A stretch of 64,000 nt of DNA from Amphiscolops sp. MND2022 (Eukaryota): NCBI GenBank assembly GCA_964187785.1, contig OZ076413.1, positions 46,254,001-46,318,000 on the forward strand. The letters are read 5' to 3'. Each line of letters starts with the position of its first letter. Position 1 is the first letter of the stretch. The notes beneath the pieces were generated by a model that was given only the letters and a program-made list of their open reading frames with translations, did not search any database and was not told where the DNA came from. Below, in pieces: positions 27,044 to 39,962 of the stretch. The position numbers and the translations under genes were made by a program.

Positions 27044-30000
27044 CTAATACTCTTTTGAGTATGAGGAGCCACCCTCGTTACTCTCTTCCTCGATTGTAAA
27101 GGACCGCCTACCAGTTTCAACTGTCTCGTCACTAAAACTCGCCAAAGTTGCTCTGCCTCTCTTATCGGGACGACCACCGGTTCTCTGCCCCCGATTCCCT
27201 CCTCGTCCTGACGCCCGAACACTGACGGTTTTCCGCTTCGAGCCAGATGTACTCGGTGTTAACGTCGATAAAACAACTTCAGTTTGTAATCGGGGCACCT
27301 GTGTTGCGGAAGACTTCCCTTTAGCCGGACTACGACGACTGACTACAGGACTAGACTCCATGGAACGCAACTGGTCGCAAACAGTTGACCGATAATCATC
27401 AACGGCAGGCCGCGACGGAAGACCTCCAGTGGATTCGAGGACACCAACACACCGTTCAAAAAGTTCTTCCACTCCTCGTTTCACAAGCTGATCCCACGGG
27501 ATACCACGAACAGCATCATCTAGACGGGACGACTGCATATCGGTATTGCTGCAATGACGGACAAATCCTATCATCGAGAGACGAGAATGCCCGCTCAACC
27601 CTGTCGCCATCCAACTTCTCACCAAATGTAAACTGGACAACATGATGCCCTTCTCTAACACAGTATTTCCGACATCATGGAAATCAACCCGATACACATC
27701 ATGCAGCATTCCAACGACAAGAACTTCGATAACGTCTCGCAACTCCTTGCACCGGTCCCATGAGGGGTATGACAGCCATAGGGACACAGCATCTTCAATA
27801 ACCGGCGCAGTTGCAACACTTGACTCCCATCGTCGCTTGAAATAACTTGCCACTTCTCGATATTGTTGTACGATCACAGCCCCATCCTCCTCACTACACA
27901 GGTCCCCGAAACTAAGGACAGACAATGTTCCAACTAGGACGTCAGTTAGACGATCCATGGAGCACGACTGGATGGCACACGGATCCAAAGGCAACAAACT
28001 CAGATGTCTCAGCCATCCCTGGTCAAAATCGGCTATGCAAGCTTCACATACAGTGCGAAGGAACTTCTGGACCTCTTTGTAAAAAAATGGCTTCTGGCGA
28101 CTGACATCGAAACGAAAGTATTGCCCAAACAAAGCTTGGTAACGATCTTGATCCACAGGAATACTCCCACCAATCCTCAACTTCAACACTGAGAGCACTT
28201 CGAATTCAGGAGGAATTGTCTCTGGGCTGACGACCATCGATAACAAGACACGCAAGAAGGCTGCCAGCTCCCTCTCGAACCAGAGATCCCGGTCCCTACC
28301 AGCGCTACACAGACGAGGACACTCAGCAACAACTGAAACACAAGAACGGCAATCAGCAAACACGCAAACCAATACCACACAACTACCTAGTACACAAGAC
28401 GTCAACACCGACTCAATCACAAACTCAACCTAATACATCCTAGCCACAACCAAACAGGGAAATCAAATAAACGACTAAAACCAACCAGTCTCAGCGAGGA
28501 ACTTCAGGACTGCAAAGCGGGGTCGTGACATGCCATCGTTAAACACCTGAGTCTCCATGCTCACGATGTTTGATGTCTCAGCGACCGTGTTTGCTCGATG
28601 GACTCCGAAGTAAGACCCCAGATCGTCCCAGCGCTCTACTAGTTCGGTGACCAGTGCGGACAACTCTCGAAATCGACTGGGCCCTCCACGCACAAACTAA
28701 AACAGAATCACCAGAAAAGTTCAGCGGATGATCAGCACAACGGCAGGCTCTACACTCCTCATTACTCAAGTCATCAAATAGCAAAGCAGACGAACACATG
28801 CGATCACAACAACCCCCCCCCACAACAAAAAGAAAGGAAAAGGGCAAAACAACAAAAGCAGAATAAACAAACCTCACGCAAACAAGGCATGTTGTTAAAA
28901 GCTGAGTCCTTAATTACTGCAGACAACCGGAAGCGGAAGTACTCCAGGATGCTGAACGGTTCAAGCCCACTCGACTCCTCGATGAATTTGCGACGAAACA
29001 GATCTGTCAACCACTCGCTGTCAAAACGACGGGTCACAAGAGGCATCGAAGGATGCGCCACACTAGCCAGAGCACGCCCCAAACGCAAGTTGTCGCCCAC
29101 ACTCACTGCGGATAGTCCACGATATGATTCCATGCAGGACAGCAGGGACAACACAACTTTGAGGAGAGAACGCTCCCAATCACTGCCGCCAGGAATAACG
29201 GCCAACACAACGACTTTGACAGCCAGGCCATCGAAGATGTGGCAGTCCACCCTCCGCATAGCCCCCCACACGAACATGAAGACCAAAGCGCACTCCTGAG
29301 GACAGAAGGTCACCCAGCTTCTCAACGACGAAGGAATACAATCCGTATAGGACGAGACTCTGAAAACAACAAACAACGCACGATACGCATTAGCAGTCAC
29401 GAAACCTCTCAACACACACACAACCAGAAACCATGACATAGACTCAAGCTCTTAATAAAACACACGACACCTATAAAAAAGTAAACAAAAACAAATGTTA
29501 CCTGACATTTCGAATAGGACAATGCCCGTTCTGCAAAGACGACCTCGCCACGCATACTGCTCGACCACGACTCCACAAAGCGGGTCACACTAGCGAAGTC
29601 ACGAAGTTCGAGGAAGCCGTTGATGAAGCAACATAACCAGAGGTATGCAGCACTTGTTTCAGACAATTGCGGTTTCGCGCCAGAGGCCTCCTCCTCAATC
29701 TCTATGGCGATGCGCTCTTCTACTGTCAGCTTGAATTCCGACTCTAGAATGACGGGAGGCTCCGACATCCTTTCAGCACGAATTCGCCTGTCCTCTTCTA
29801 ACGACACTGGCCTGCAGGACTTGTCTAGCAAAGGTCGATTTGACATAATTCGGAAACGCTGTTCGAAGCGAGTGTGTTCTCTCCCCTTCCAGTGGTCCCA
29901 CAAATTGTGGAGGCCTCGCCCAGCAATGCTCAGGTCCACGCGACATAGGCGACATCTGGCATAGCCGTCTATGACCCGCTTGTTCCTCGGGAAACCAACA

Positions 30001-31340
30001 AAGGTCCCCACAACGCCTGACACGAAGAATGACGGCTTTAAAGTTTTGATCGCACGTTTCCGTCCTGTAAACACAACCACAACCAGCTAAACAAACTGAT
30101 TTAGAAACCTTAAAACCTTCAAAAGAAACACAAAAACACAAAAAACAAAAACCTGTGTTTGTCCTTAACACCCTAGTAGCATATTTTATTCAATAATTTA
30201 ACAATTACCACTAAAACCCCCCACATGATCTTATGAGATTCATTACCAGGTTTTGACGTCGTCGCAACGCCAGAAGCAGAAGAGGATGGAGCACCCGACG
30301 GAACTATCACACTGCGTTCCCCGAATTCCGTGGGCGGCACATCTGAACACACACCAGTCCGGAAGCCCTCCACTCCAGCTATACTGCCAGCTACGGATGG
30401 TGGACGCGGCAGAACATCATTGACCGGAGGAATGACTGGCGGATGACACAGTTCCTGGATCGCAGCTTTCAATTTGTCAAGGAATTCCTCGACGGCGAGG
30501 GCACCCAACGTCCCCAACTTGCCGAGACTCGATTCCACAGCTGCCTTCACCCACTGTTGTATGTCATGCTCAACCCGAGTGAACAATTCTGTAAACTGAC
30601 CTGACACAACGTCAGCTCGCACACCAGCATCTGTAAATATAACATACCCGAAAAGCTGTGACTACTTAGGATACAACTGACCACCGGCGCTCACCGCTTC
30701 TGAACACCTGAACTCTGACGGCACCCCACCCCCCTGACAGTGCAATGGTATGGAAACACAATAAGCAATACCCCCTACACAACTCAGTAGACGAAACAAC
30801 TTAGAAAACACAGCAGTGAGTACACCTACCGAGATGCGACGACAAGAAGGCATCCAATCGCCGCAGTATTGGAGTCGACTCTAAACTCCCTGAGGATCCA
30901 GTTGCCACAGACGATCGGAAGTGGCGTAGGTATGCAATCAACTCAGAGATGTCGACGTCGGCTATAAACAAAAATGAACCAAATGGCACAAGAACGTCAC
31001 AAACATCCAGATGTGACGGGTTTAGCCCTCATAGATGGCGACCCCACGATGAGACACTTTGGACCTCCCACTTATGAAAAGAAAAGCTCTGAGATCAAAA
31101 CTTACCGAATTCCTGGGAAAGCACGACATCCAGCAGGTCACTCAGACCAACAATATTCGCGGACGAAACCCGCGAAGTGAATTGACAGCAGTGACTAGTA
31201 GCCATCAAGATTTCTGGCAAATCCAGATCACCTCCACTCCCATCTAAAGGAGGATTCGAAGACGCCATTTGCTGCTCCACGACGGCAACTAGCTCAGACA
31301 GGCCAGGTCCAAAAGAAAGCTCTCCCTCATCTTCCGACAT
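27044..31340 (-). CDS. Element A antisense multi-exon gene: BED-like zinc finger, hAT-transposase-like protein
   Basis: Minus-strand coding blocks bounded by GT/AG: ATG 31340 to donor 31105; exon 30961-30830; exon 30630-30247; exon 30064-29502 (CRLCRVDLSIAGRGLHNLWDHWKGREH); further exons to the stop at 27044. Homologous to the B and C genes. Exon model by eye. Confidence 0.75.
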
Positions 31341-32141
31341 TATCGTGGATAACAATTTAACAGGATAAATAACAGGGCTCCAAACAACAAGGCGACGAAA
31401 AACACGACTGCAACAGCTCATTCTTCCATTTACTGTTGTTATAGACTGATCACCTAAATCAATACCCAATGGATACCCGACCTCCCCATCAAACAGTCTT
31501 AATCAAGTAACACTGGACATTAACGGACCCACAGTGTGGACTCAACACGAAGAACTCAAATGCTATTTACAATTAGCAGAAAGAAAGCAGCCGAAGTTTT
31601 CCTAGCCAAAAAAGCCCATCTATCCCCCCAGAATTGTGCTTAATACAATCAACACCCGAAAAATACAGGACCAACCAAGGAAAACAAAATAGATTATTTT
31701 TATCATTGTGGAAGAATGAGCAAATCCAACGGTTGATAAACGAAGGTGGATAATTTCAAGTTCGAACAGGCTCAAATTCAATTTCAATAGCAATAAATAC
31801 TCAACTGACTTTCACTATGGCACCGCAACAAATCAATCAACTGCCGATGATCGATGAGAATTTGCCTAAACAAACATTCCACTATATGCGCACCACACGG
31901 ATGACGTGGCTGACCGACAGTTACTAAAAATAGACTTCAACTTCCGACTGCTTACTATTTGCCTGCCTCGCCTTGGCCATTCTTGCTTCCGAAAAGTTTT
32001 CAGCCACTTCATTTGCCACCCACACGTTTCCATCTACCTTGCATGCCACTTCAGCCGCTGTTCAACAATCAACTCAACCACCTACTACTACTCAACTCAG
32101 CCGTTCACCTTTCCCATTACCCCTACAGCTTACTCTCTCTC

Positions 32142-32155
32142 AAAAAGGGGGGGAA
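32142..32155 (+). promoter_or_regulatory. Element A polypurine tract
   Basis: AAAAAGGGGGGGAA immediately before the 3' LTR TG. Confidence 0.9.
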
Positions 32156-33283
32156 TGTCATGCCCGCCAAGCATGAAGAAATGAAATAAACTCTAAAACA
32201 TTAATCCTTACATCAAACTCCCTAAAATACAGATCATCATGTAAATACATTGCAGTAATTTATTAGCTAAACATTACAGTTGGCTATATGACAACTGAAA
32301 CTAGCAGTCATCAATACTAAATTCATTCATGGTATGGTGCATCGTTTAAAAGCTAAAACTGAAATATCCAGTTATTTCCATATTTACGACTGAAACAATC
32401 AGTCATCATCCACAGTGATAGTGCATCGTTTAACCATTCTTTATCCATTTTTTATATTACATGTAACGTACTACCAGAACAATCAATCATTCATAGTCAT
32501 AACAATCCATTCACTTAAACCACAACATTTCGTTCATTTATATCAGTAATTCGTGCAATATCCATTAGTAAATTACTTCAAACGGTAATTAGAGCAGTCA
32601 CCACGATGATAAGAACACTCAGTAGTAAAGCCTCAATATGAGAGATAATTTGAAATAATTACGTGCTAAGATGACTGGTGCTTGCGGTCATACTAGATCA
32701 AACATACGTAATTGAGCATCGATTATCACCTGCAACGACTGTGGCTACCAGTCGTCAAGTGCAATTAGCAGGTTGAACGCCATTGGCTAAGAGGAAAGGT
32801 GCTAACACACTTCCATAATTGTACTATCGGGTAAAACCGAACAACACACACGAATTGTAACTTTTGACGAGATAAGTTGCTTACTACTGTATCTTCCTAT
32901 CATCATTCCAATTCATACCATTATACCATTTCAAATTTAACTTAAAACCTTTTGGCTTTTCATGGTAACTACCAGATCTCAAAGTAATCGTGACAAGCAA
33001 ATAGAAACGCAAAATATGGATAGATCTAGTGATAGTGAAAGCGATGCTAGTTTCCCAGATGTGTTATCCAGAGACCAAATTGAGAATCTCGATTCCGAAG
33101 ATGTATTAACTAGACATCATGGTAATCATAACAATAGTGTCGATCAACGTTTTAATGAGTTAAATAGACAAATTGGAGACCTTACAAGTATAGTCCTTAC
33201 CTTAACAAACCAGATTGCCTCCATTAACGGAGAAGGGAACAGACCGAACATAGCAACTACAAGTGCTAACAGTCGTTCCGACA
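32156..33283 (+). repeat. Element A 3' LTR
   Basis: Direct repeat of 17960-19087. Confidence 0.97.
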
Positions 33284-33288
33284 GATGG

Positions 33289-33347
33289 CCAGTTCATTTG
33301 CCTCTATCGCTGCTCCACGGGTCCAGCACAAGCTCTAGGCTGTGACA
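33289..33347 (-). repeat. Element B 3' LTR, U3-end part (separated from the rest by A)
   Basis: Matches ~47418-47476. Confidence 0.93.
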
Positions 33348-34399
33348 GGCCAGCATTTTTGAAGCAAATGAGTGCGGCCTCGAACCAATTTAGATAGGCT
33401 CGTGACCTGATGTTCCGGTCTCGCACTGTTTCACCTGGGTATTCGGTGGCAATCGTGTAAGCTGCTAAGGCGTCAAGGGCTACTTCATCATAGGCTTTTC
33501 CACACCAGTGACAGTTCCCCTGAACGTGCGGCATTACAGGCGGGTTAAGCTGCATCCTTCTGTGGATTGGCTGTTCCTGCATACTGCCGTATGCTTGGGT
33601 AGGGTAAGTCTCAGCTACCCCGGGGTTGTTGTGAACACCTTGTGGGTCTAAATATAGTTGCCCAGCGGAGTTGTAATAATATCCAGAGTTATCTAGGTTA
33701 CCAGGATCTTGTATGTTAGTTATTCCGGCATGTTGGAAAGGGATTGCTCCACGGCCAATCAAGGTAGACATGTGCTGTTGAGTATTTGGGTTAAAGTTTT
33801 GGTCCCTTAAGGGCGTTTGCAGGATCCCTCTAGTACGGATAATTTGATGCGGTTGATTTGCGATTGGAATTTCTTGGGGTATCCCCATTGGAATTATTGG
33901 CACTGGTCTTAACGGACCATTTCTATGGAGATCACTCAGGTGGTTGTTGACATTATTTTGTGACAGTGGAAGCCTCTGTGCTATTATTTCTCCAGCGCGC
34001 ATCGGGGGAACAGCGACTATTGGCCTACCATAACTATTTCTTGGTGCGTTCGCGAAGTCCGCGTTTAACAGTAAATTATCTTCATTGCTCTCGTCTGACT
34101 CGACGAATGATGAAAGCGAAAAATCAGGTAGTTCAGTGTTTTCGGTTATTGTGCTCAATATTTCTCTTTCAAGGTCAGTTCCGATAACGTCGATGAAAGA
34201 ATCTTCTCTCGACACTGTCTCACTAACTGCGAACAGTCTAGCCGCATCTTCGTTGACAAAAGCCAATTGGGTCGACGTAGGACTGCTCGGTTACAAATTC
34301 TTCCCCAGAGTCACTGGATATATTAATTAATCCAGGGGAATTTGTGGAGCTGGATTGCATATCCTCGTCAATGGTGAAGAGATTTGAGCTTCTAGACAT
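33304..34399 (-). CDS. Element B ORF3 (sense, unknown function; one frameshift near 34262)
   Basis: 320-aa ORF plus an upstream MSRSSN...SPGLINISSDS segment. The C-terminal CHWCGKAYD...ATEYPGETV...FEAALICFKNAGLS domain is homologous to C ORF3. Confidence 0.75.
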
Positions 34400-35155
34400 T
34401 TTGCTTCTCGTTTGGATTTTAAGGTTTCAACTGTTTTTCTCATGAAGTTTTGACTGAATGAATCCTTTCCGTTTTTCTTCACACTTTCACTATTCTCCCG
34501 GGTTTTCCAAATAAGGTAGGTAGTTTGTGGAGTCATCTTCCTTTCTTGTTAACCTTTTTCCCGGCAATTTTAGGGTAAGCGTTAGATGATATCTCAATCT
34601 TATTTAAACAGCTCCACAACAAAATGAAGTTTTCTTTACAACTTCCATTTATGGCGGATGAGGGTGTTAATTTTCCATTCGAGATGACAGACGCATAATA
34701 ATTGACTGTAAACAAATATGAATGAGACTTTACATGATGAATTTTGAGAACTCGATTTTCATTTTTTGGGATTTACAAATTTTCCTTTATGGAAATATAG
34801 CATGCGTTTTAAATCATATCACCAACAAAAGTAAAAAAATAAAACCAAATTACATGACTTTTAATCAAAATACATGACAAGTTTCAGAATTGAAAGCATT
34901 TAATTCACTCCCTTGAACCATGTAGACACTGCTTCATGACGACTATTCCAGCATAAGTATGCTGGTTTTGGAAAACGTCATTATCTCATGGTATCCAAAT
35001 GATGCATAGGGTTATGTGATGTCATTTGTTTTAGGTCAAACACCATCTTGCGTTGTGCTGTAGGATGTAAGCAGTTTCGTTCATTTCCTCGTTTTGTCAC
35101 TAGGGGGCGGCGCATCATGTGTATGTAAACGCACTAAGCTGTACTGTTCTAAATA

Positions 35156-35269
35156 CCAATCTCGCTGGCAGGCATGATTGGTTTCAAACTATTTCAGCCA
35201 ATCAGCATTGAGCATTTGCGCAAATATGCTAATTGTGTTCTAGTCAGCCGGAAGCCACGCCATATATAA
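35156..35269 (+). promoter_or_regulatory. Putative promoter of the B antisense gene (CCAAT boxes, BREu + TATA)
   Basis: CGCTGGCAGGCATGATTG, AGCCAATCAG and CCACGCC-ATATATAA. The same motifs occur in the same order in C (57707-57830, reverse strand). Confidence 0.6.
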
Positions 35270-35457
35270 TTTTGTTTGTTTGTAAAGTTTCGTAGTCCAA
35301 AGTCAAATTCTACAGTCTCACATTGTTCTCAATCAACGTTTCCTTGCTTCCCGCTTTCGTGTTTTTGCTCACAACTCATAGTTTTTGATTTTTATTCAAT
35401 TCATTATTAGTTTCAATTGGTAATTAGTTACGCCCTTTCATTGTCAATTCTTCCATC

Positions 35458-38400
35458 ATGGTTCGCTCAAGGAGCACTTCTAATCGGCGTCGCAAAGCTT
35501 CAAAGGAGAAAAGGACAGCATCAACTTCTCGGGATCAACCGTCGAACACTGCAGCTATTTTGCCAGGTAAGCTTGAGTTCATTTTCTTTGTGTATTTTTG
35601 TTGCTTTCTTGCTTTTTTGAATCTTGCGTCTCAGATTTTGAATACAAGTTGGCCAGACTCGTATTTCGTTGACATATCTTTCCGATTTATCAACTTCCTG
35701 TCTTCAAGTTTTTTGAACGGAAACGCTAACTTCCGGTTGTGGTTTCTAGCATAATTCCATTCCGATTTTTATTCCAGGTTCTAGCTCAGCTACACAAACA
35801 AAACGCAGTGCCGAATGTTTTGAGCCGCGAAAATCTGATAGGATCCAAAGGACTCTGCTCGAATGCGGCTATAATCCCCGATTTTCCCTTGATGAGGAAG
35901 ACCTCCCTCCAGCTTTTGTTCCTCAAGTCCTATTGGAAGATAATTTCGACGAACTTGTGATTGCCGATGATTCGTCAGACTGTGTTTCTCCAAATGGGAA
36001 GCAGACAGATACAGCTGAGGATATTCAGACTGGAACAGCTGACAAAGGCGACGCTCCTGAAGTAACAGAAATTACCGAAGATCCCATACGTGGAAATCCA
36101 GTAGGTCCATCAACACCTCCCGGCGCCGTTTCTTCAAAATTTGTGCTTTGTAAAGGCAAGGACTCTCCGGCAACCCAGACTGGGAACACTCCAGTATCAG
36201 CCAAAGGATCTCCTTTTACTCGGTATTTATTCAAAAAGACTGATCCCCCTAAGAAACAAGGGAAAAGCAACACGTGTGCTGTTACCTCGGGGACGAAGAG
36301 CCCCGAAAATTTTGACCCCCAAGACACTGGAGCAACTCGTTTAGAAAGACTCTTAGCCGAAGCGGCAGAGGAAGCTGCTAATAAACAGATTCAACTCAGC
36401 TCCAATTTAATGGTTTCGGAATCTGCTGAAACCGATGAGCGCGGCGGGCTGGGAGGACGCCCCGAGACTGAGGCTATTACCGCAACAAATCCCCCAGATG
36501 TAGTTGGGGACAATCATCAGCCATCCGATTCAAGTTCAGACAGTAGCACCGAATCTGATCTGGAGGTGTCTTCCACTGAAGAGTTTGTCGTTACTCCCGA
36601 GAAGCCTCTCAGGAAACGTAAGGCAGAGAAGACAACTGGTCCAGTCAAAAAACGGGCTAAGCCTCAACATATGCTCGCCGAATGGATGTACGACAAGTAC
36701 CCCATCCTCAGGTTCTTTGCCACAGCACCTTCTGATGCCGCCCGCCATCCAAATAAGTACCGCTGTCGCGTCTGTATGGTAGAGCTTTCTCTCAAGACTA
36801 AAGGTCCTTTAGAAATGCTACGGCACTATCGGACCGATGCACATCTAGTACGGGAACACAGAATCCGTATGGAGGCTCCTGGACTTGCACTTTTCGATAA
36901 ACAGTGCATTGAATTGAGTGGAATGGCTCTAAAGTACGCAAAGGAGAGAGCCAAACGGGAATACCCGATCGCCCCCAAACTTGGCGATTATTACCTCCGA
37001 GTTGATCAGCAAGAACTGCCAGACAAAACGGAACCAAATAACCCGGACAAGGAGACTTTGTCACAATTGACTCTACTCAAGTTCGGATTACGACATGGTG
37101 GGCATTTGGACTCTCGGATCGCACTCTGGCATGACCTGATCACGGAGACAAGGACTTCAGAACCTGTTTCCACACACGATTGGAGGCCACACAGGATCTT
37201 GGTAAGTTGTTTTGGTAGTGGGTTTTGTCTGCAAAAAATCTAGGTATTTTGAGAAAGGTTGTTTCTTTATAGGCGCTCCTAGCTCACATGTTTCGTGAGC
37301 TCCTATCATACTGCATTACTACTATTGAATCCTCGGGCAGCTACTCCCTCCGGTTGGCATTCACGGCACAAGAAACGAGGCTCTTTGTGAATTTCTGGTC
37401 TGGAAATTCATTACACAGCATGTGTTTAGCCGTTCTCCCCGGCCGACTTACCAACCAGTCTGCCTTGATTCCAATCGTTAGCAGTTTCTTCGCTCTACTA
37501 GACAAAGAGGTACACTTGCTTTTCTTATCTGGATTTTCTCGACGTCTTGCTTGGACTATTTCCCGGGTCCTACCTCAGCACAAAAGGATCTGTAGTACGC
37601 CGAAATTCAGTCCTGAGGACTTGGAGGATCTTCTACTCGTTCCCACAGTCCAAATTCATGACAGACTTGACTTCAGGAGTGTTCTGGATTTCCTGCTTCT
37701 CCGACTGAGATCCACTTGTGGAAGCTCCTGGCTATCGTCCCTTCCAAATTTTGAAAAGGTTTATCTTTTATATTTCATTTTCCAAACATTTTGTAGGAAT
37801 ATTTGCTTGGTGACATAATTTTGTTTTCGTGTAAACACGGCTATTATGCTCTTGGTTCACAGTTCTCTTTCTTGTGTAGATTTCTTTCTTTTAGGAGAAA
37901 ATAAGTTTCTTTTCGCATATGACACTTTGCAGATATTTCTTTGTTGCATATCCAGGACTGCAGCATAATGCGGCACAATTAGTCTTCTCAATTAATTTTT
38001 TCAAAAATTTTGTTCATGAGTACGTAATTGAGTAGGTTGTAACGAATGAGTCACCATACGATATTTGTTTCAAATTTCTGCACGTGAAAATCTGTGTTCG
38101 ACTGTTTCTTTGATTTTGGCACGTGCTCTTTTTCACTTCATGTTTTTACGTAATAGAAGTCAAAATTTTGTGTTGTTACAGTTGGCGTTCAATCTTGACT
38201 ATGACCTAATACAAGCTGTTGAGATTCTCGATCAACTGATTCAGAACTGGGAGCACGTCACTTCCCATGTGCGGGACAGCAGGAGAGTGGCTGCATATCG
38301 TTCTCATATCCAAGAGGTTTCTTTTTATTTGCTTCCTTATTGGGTATTCTTCACATGGTTTTTATATAATTTTTGGTTTCTTTTCAGCCTTCTGGGATGA

Positions 38401-39814
38401 ATGACATCATCACCAAGGATCGTGTACTGGTTGTACGGCTGTTTATCATCTGCAACATCTTGAGTCAATGTTAGTATTCATCTTTGATCGTTTTGTTCCA
38501 GGTGTCATCTTCCAAAGTAGATTTCAATGTATTGCACAAAATTTCTTCTGTTTTGGTGGTTCCGTATTAGTTTCATCTCACGCTTCATGAGTTTCCTTTT
38601 GTTCTAGACAATTCAACCTTCAAGGAAGTGGATGCGAGTGTAGCTGGAGGATTTCGTATCTACAACCAGTTCTGTGTTTTTGTATACACAGAGATGCAAA
38701 CCATCTTCCCTACATCCTTCCTTGGGAGCATCAGCAATTGGGACAATTACATGCAATTAAACATGAGTGAAGTCACTTTGCCTATCAAGACAGTTGATGA
38801 ATTCCTGCAGGATAAAGACCTCTCCGATCTGTTATATAGAAGCAAGATCCCAACCCCTCGGAAGTTTGCTGAGCAAGCCATATCGTTCTACCGTTATTTT
38901 GTCAAACAGTTGCTTTCTTGTGAAATGGCTACGTCTTCATTTGCTCGTGGGCTGTCGTCGTTCGATGAAGCTGTGATACGCGATGGTGAGGAGGCGCAGT
39001 ATGAAGACTCTATCCAAACCCTTGCTGGATACTTCGTTCAACAGCGATGGATCTCCCCCCATGTAAAGCCTGTTATAGTGAGCGAGTACTGTTCTCTCGT
39101 CACCAAATTTCGTGCAGACAAAGTTTCTAGCTCAAAAGAATGGGTCAGTTTCATTTCCTGCTACTATGAGCTTCAGATGCAGATTGGAATTATTCCGCCT
39201 CTTTAAAGTTTGTTGTGAATCGCTCAGAAGCCCTTGTTGTCCACCTCCAAACTTTGTTGTACCTTTGTCTGGCTTAAAATCTAGTAAAGTGGAATTCTCT
39301 TCTTGCGTGAGGAGCCTTCAGTGTTCCCTCAGTTCCATTCGAAAAGTAGAGAGTCTTTTCTTATCAACTGCTGCACTTCCTCGTGCATACGATCTCCTCA
39401 ACCAAGGGCCTGGGCTACTTCTCAAACGCAAGTTCTCAGTATGGAATCTCCTGAGTTCTACTCATTTTTTGAAGATTGGCTTGCTGTCTACTTTGGAATC
39501 CTGTTACGCCAAGAATGTTGCTGTTGACAGTCGTACTTGGATTACTGCAGAGAAAGAACCCAGCCTTTGCTCTAGCCGTAGTAGTAGTAATGCTAGTTCC
39601 CCTGTGAAGTCTTTTTCAGCGAAATCTTCTCCAGAGAAGTCCTCTCCTGAGAAGTCGTCTCCAGATAAGACTAAACAGCCAGTTACTGCAGATTCCAGTG
39701 TGCCCCAGTTGTTCGTAGTTTGATTGAGCTTCCCTTCCTAACTGCTTCAACTTCTGCTGTCTCTTCTGCTGGTGATAAGAAGAAGCAGAAGAAAGGAAAA
39801 CCAGCTATGCATTA
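35458..39814 (+). CDS. Element B antisense multi-exon gene: BED-like finger, hAT-transposase-like protein (3' part disrupted)
   Basis: Phase-consistent exons 35458-35566, 35778-37201 (CRVCMVELSLKTKGPLEMLRHYRTDAH), 37273-37758 and 38182-38316, then 38388-? and 38609-~39814 with lesions. GT...AG introns with pyrimidine tracts. Confidence 0.8.
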
Positions 39815-39962
39815 GCGAATTGTCAGATTCAGATAAACTTTGTTTACGCCACGTACTCAATTTAAGCTACAACTTTCCGCAATTTTCATTGCTTCTTTTC
39901 TTGATTTTTTGTTGATTATTTAACAGGAAGCTAGGGAGTTGAGTTTGTATTACTTTTTGTTT

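Larger units (their letters stand above)
17960..33283 (+). mobile_element. Ty3/Gypsy element A (innermost and youngest, 15.3 kb, nearly intact)
   Basis: 1128-bp LTRs 17960-19087 and 32156-33283 (about 10 substitutions by eye). TSD GATGG at 17955-17959 and 33284-33288. PBS, PPT, gag and pol present. Confidence 0.97.

Noticed and set aside
27044..31340. Antisense genes as independent hAT insertions or host genes
   Set aside because: I saw no TIRs or 8-bp TSDs. Position, relative orientation and an intron site are the same in three diverged families, always inside the LTR boundaries.
33304..34399. ORF3 as a retroviral env
   Set aside because: No evident signal peptide, fusion peptide or TM anchor.
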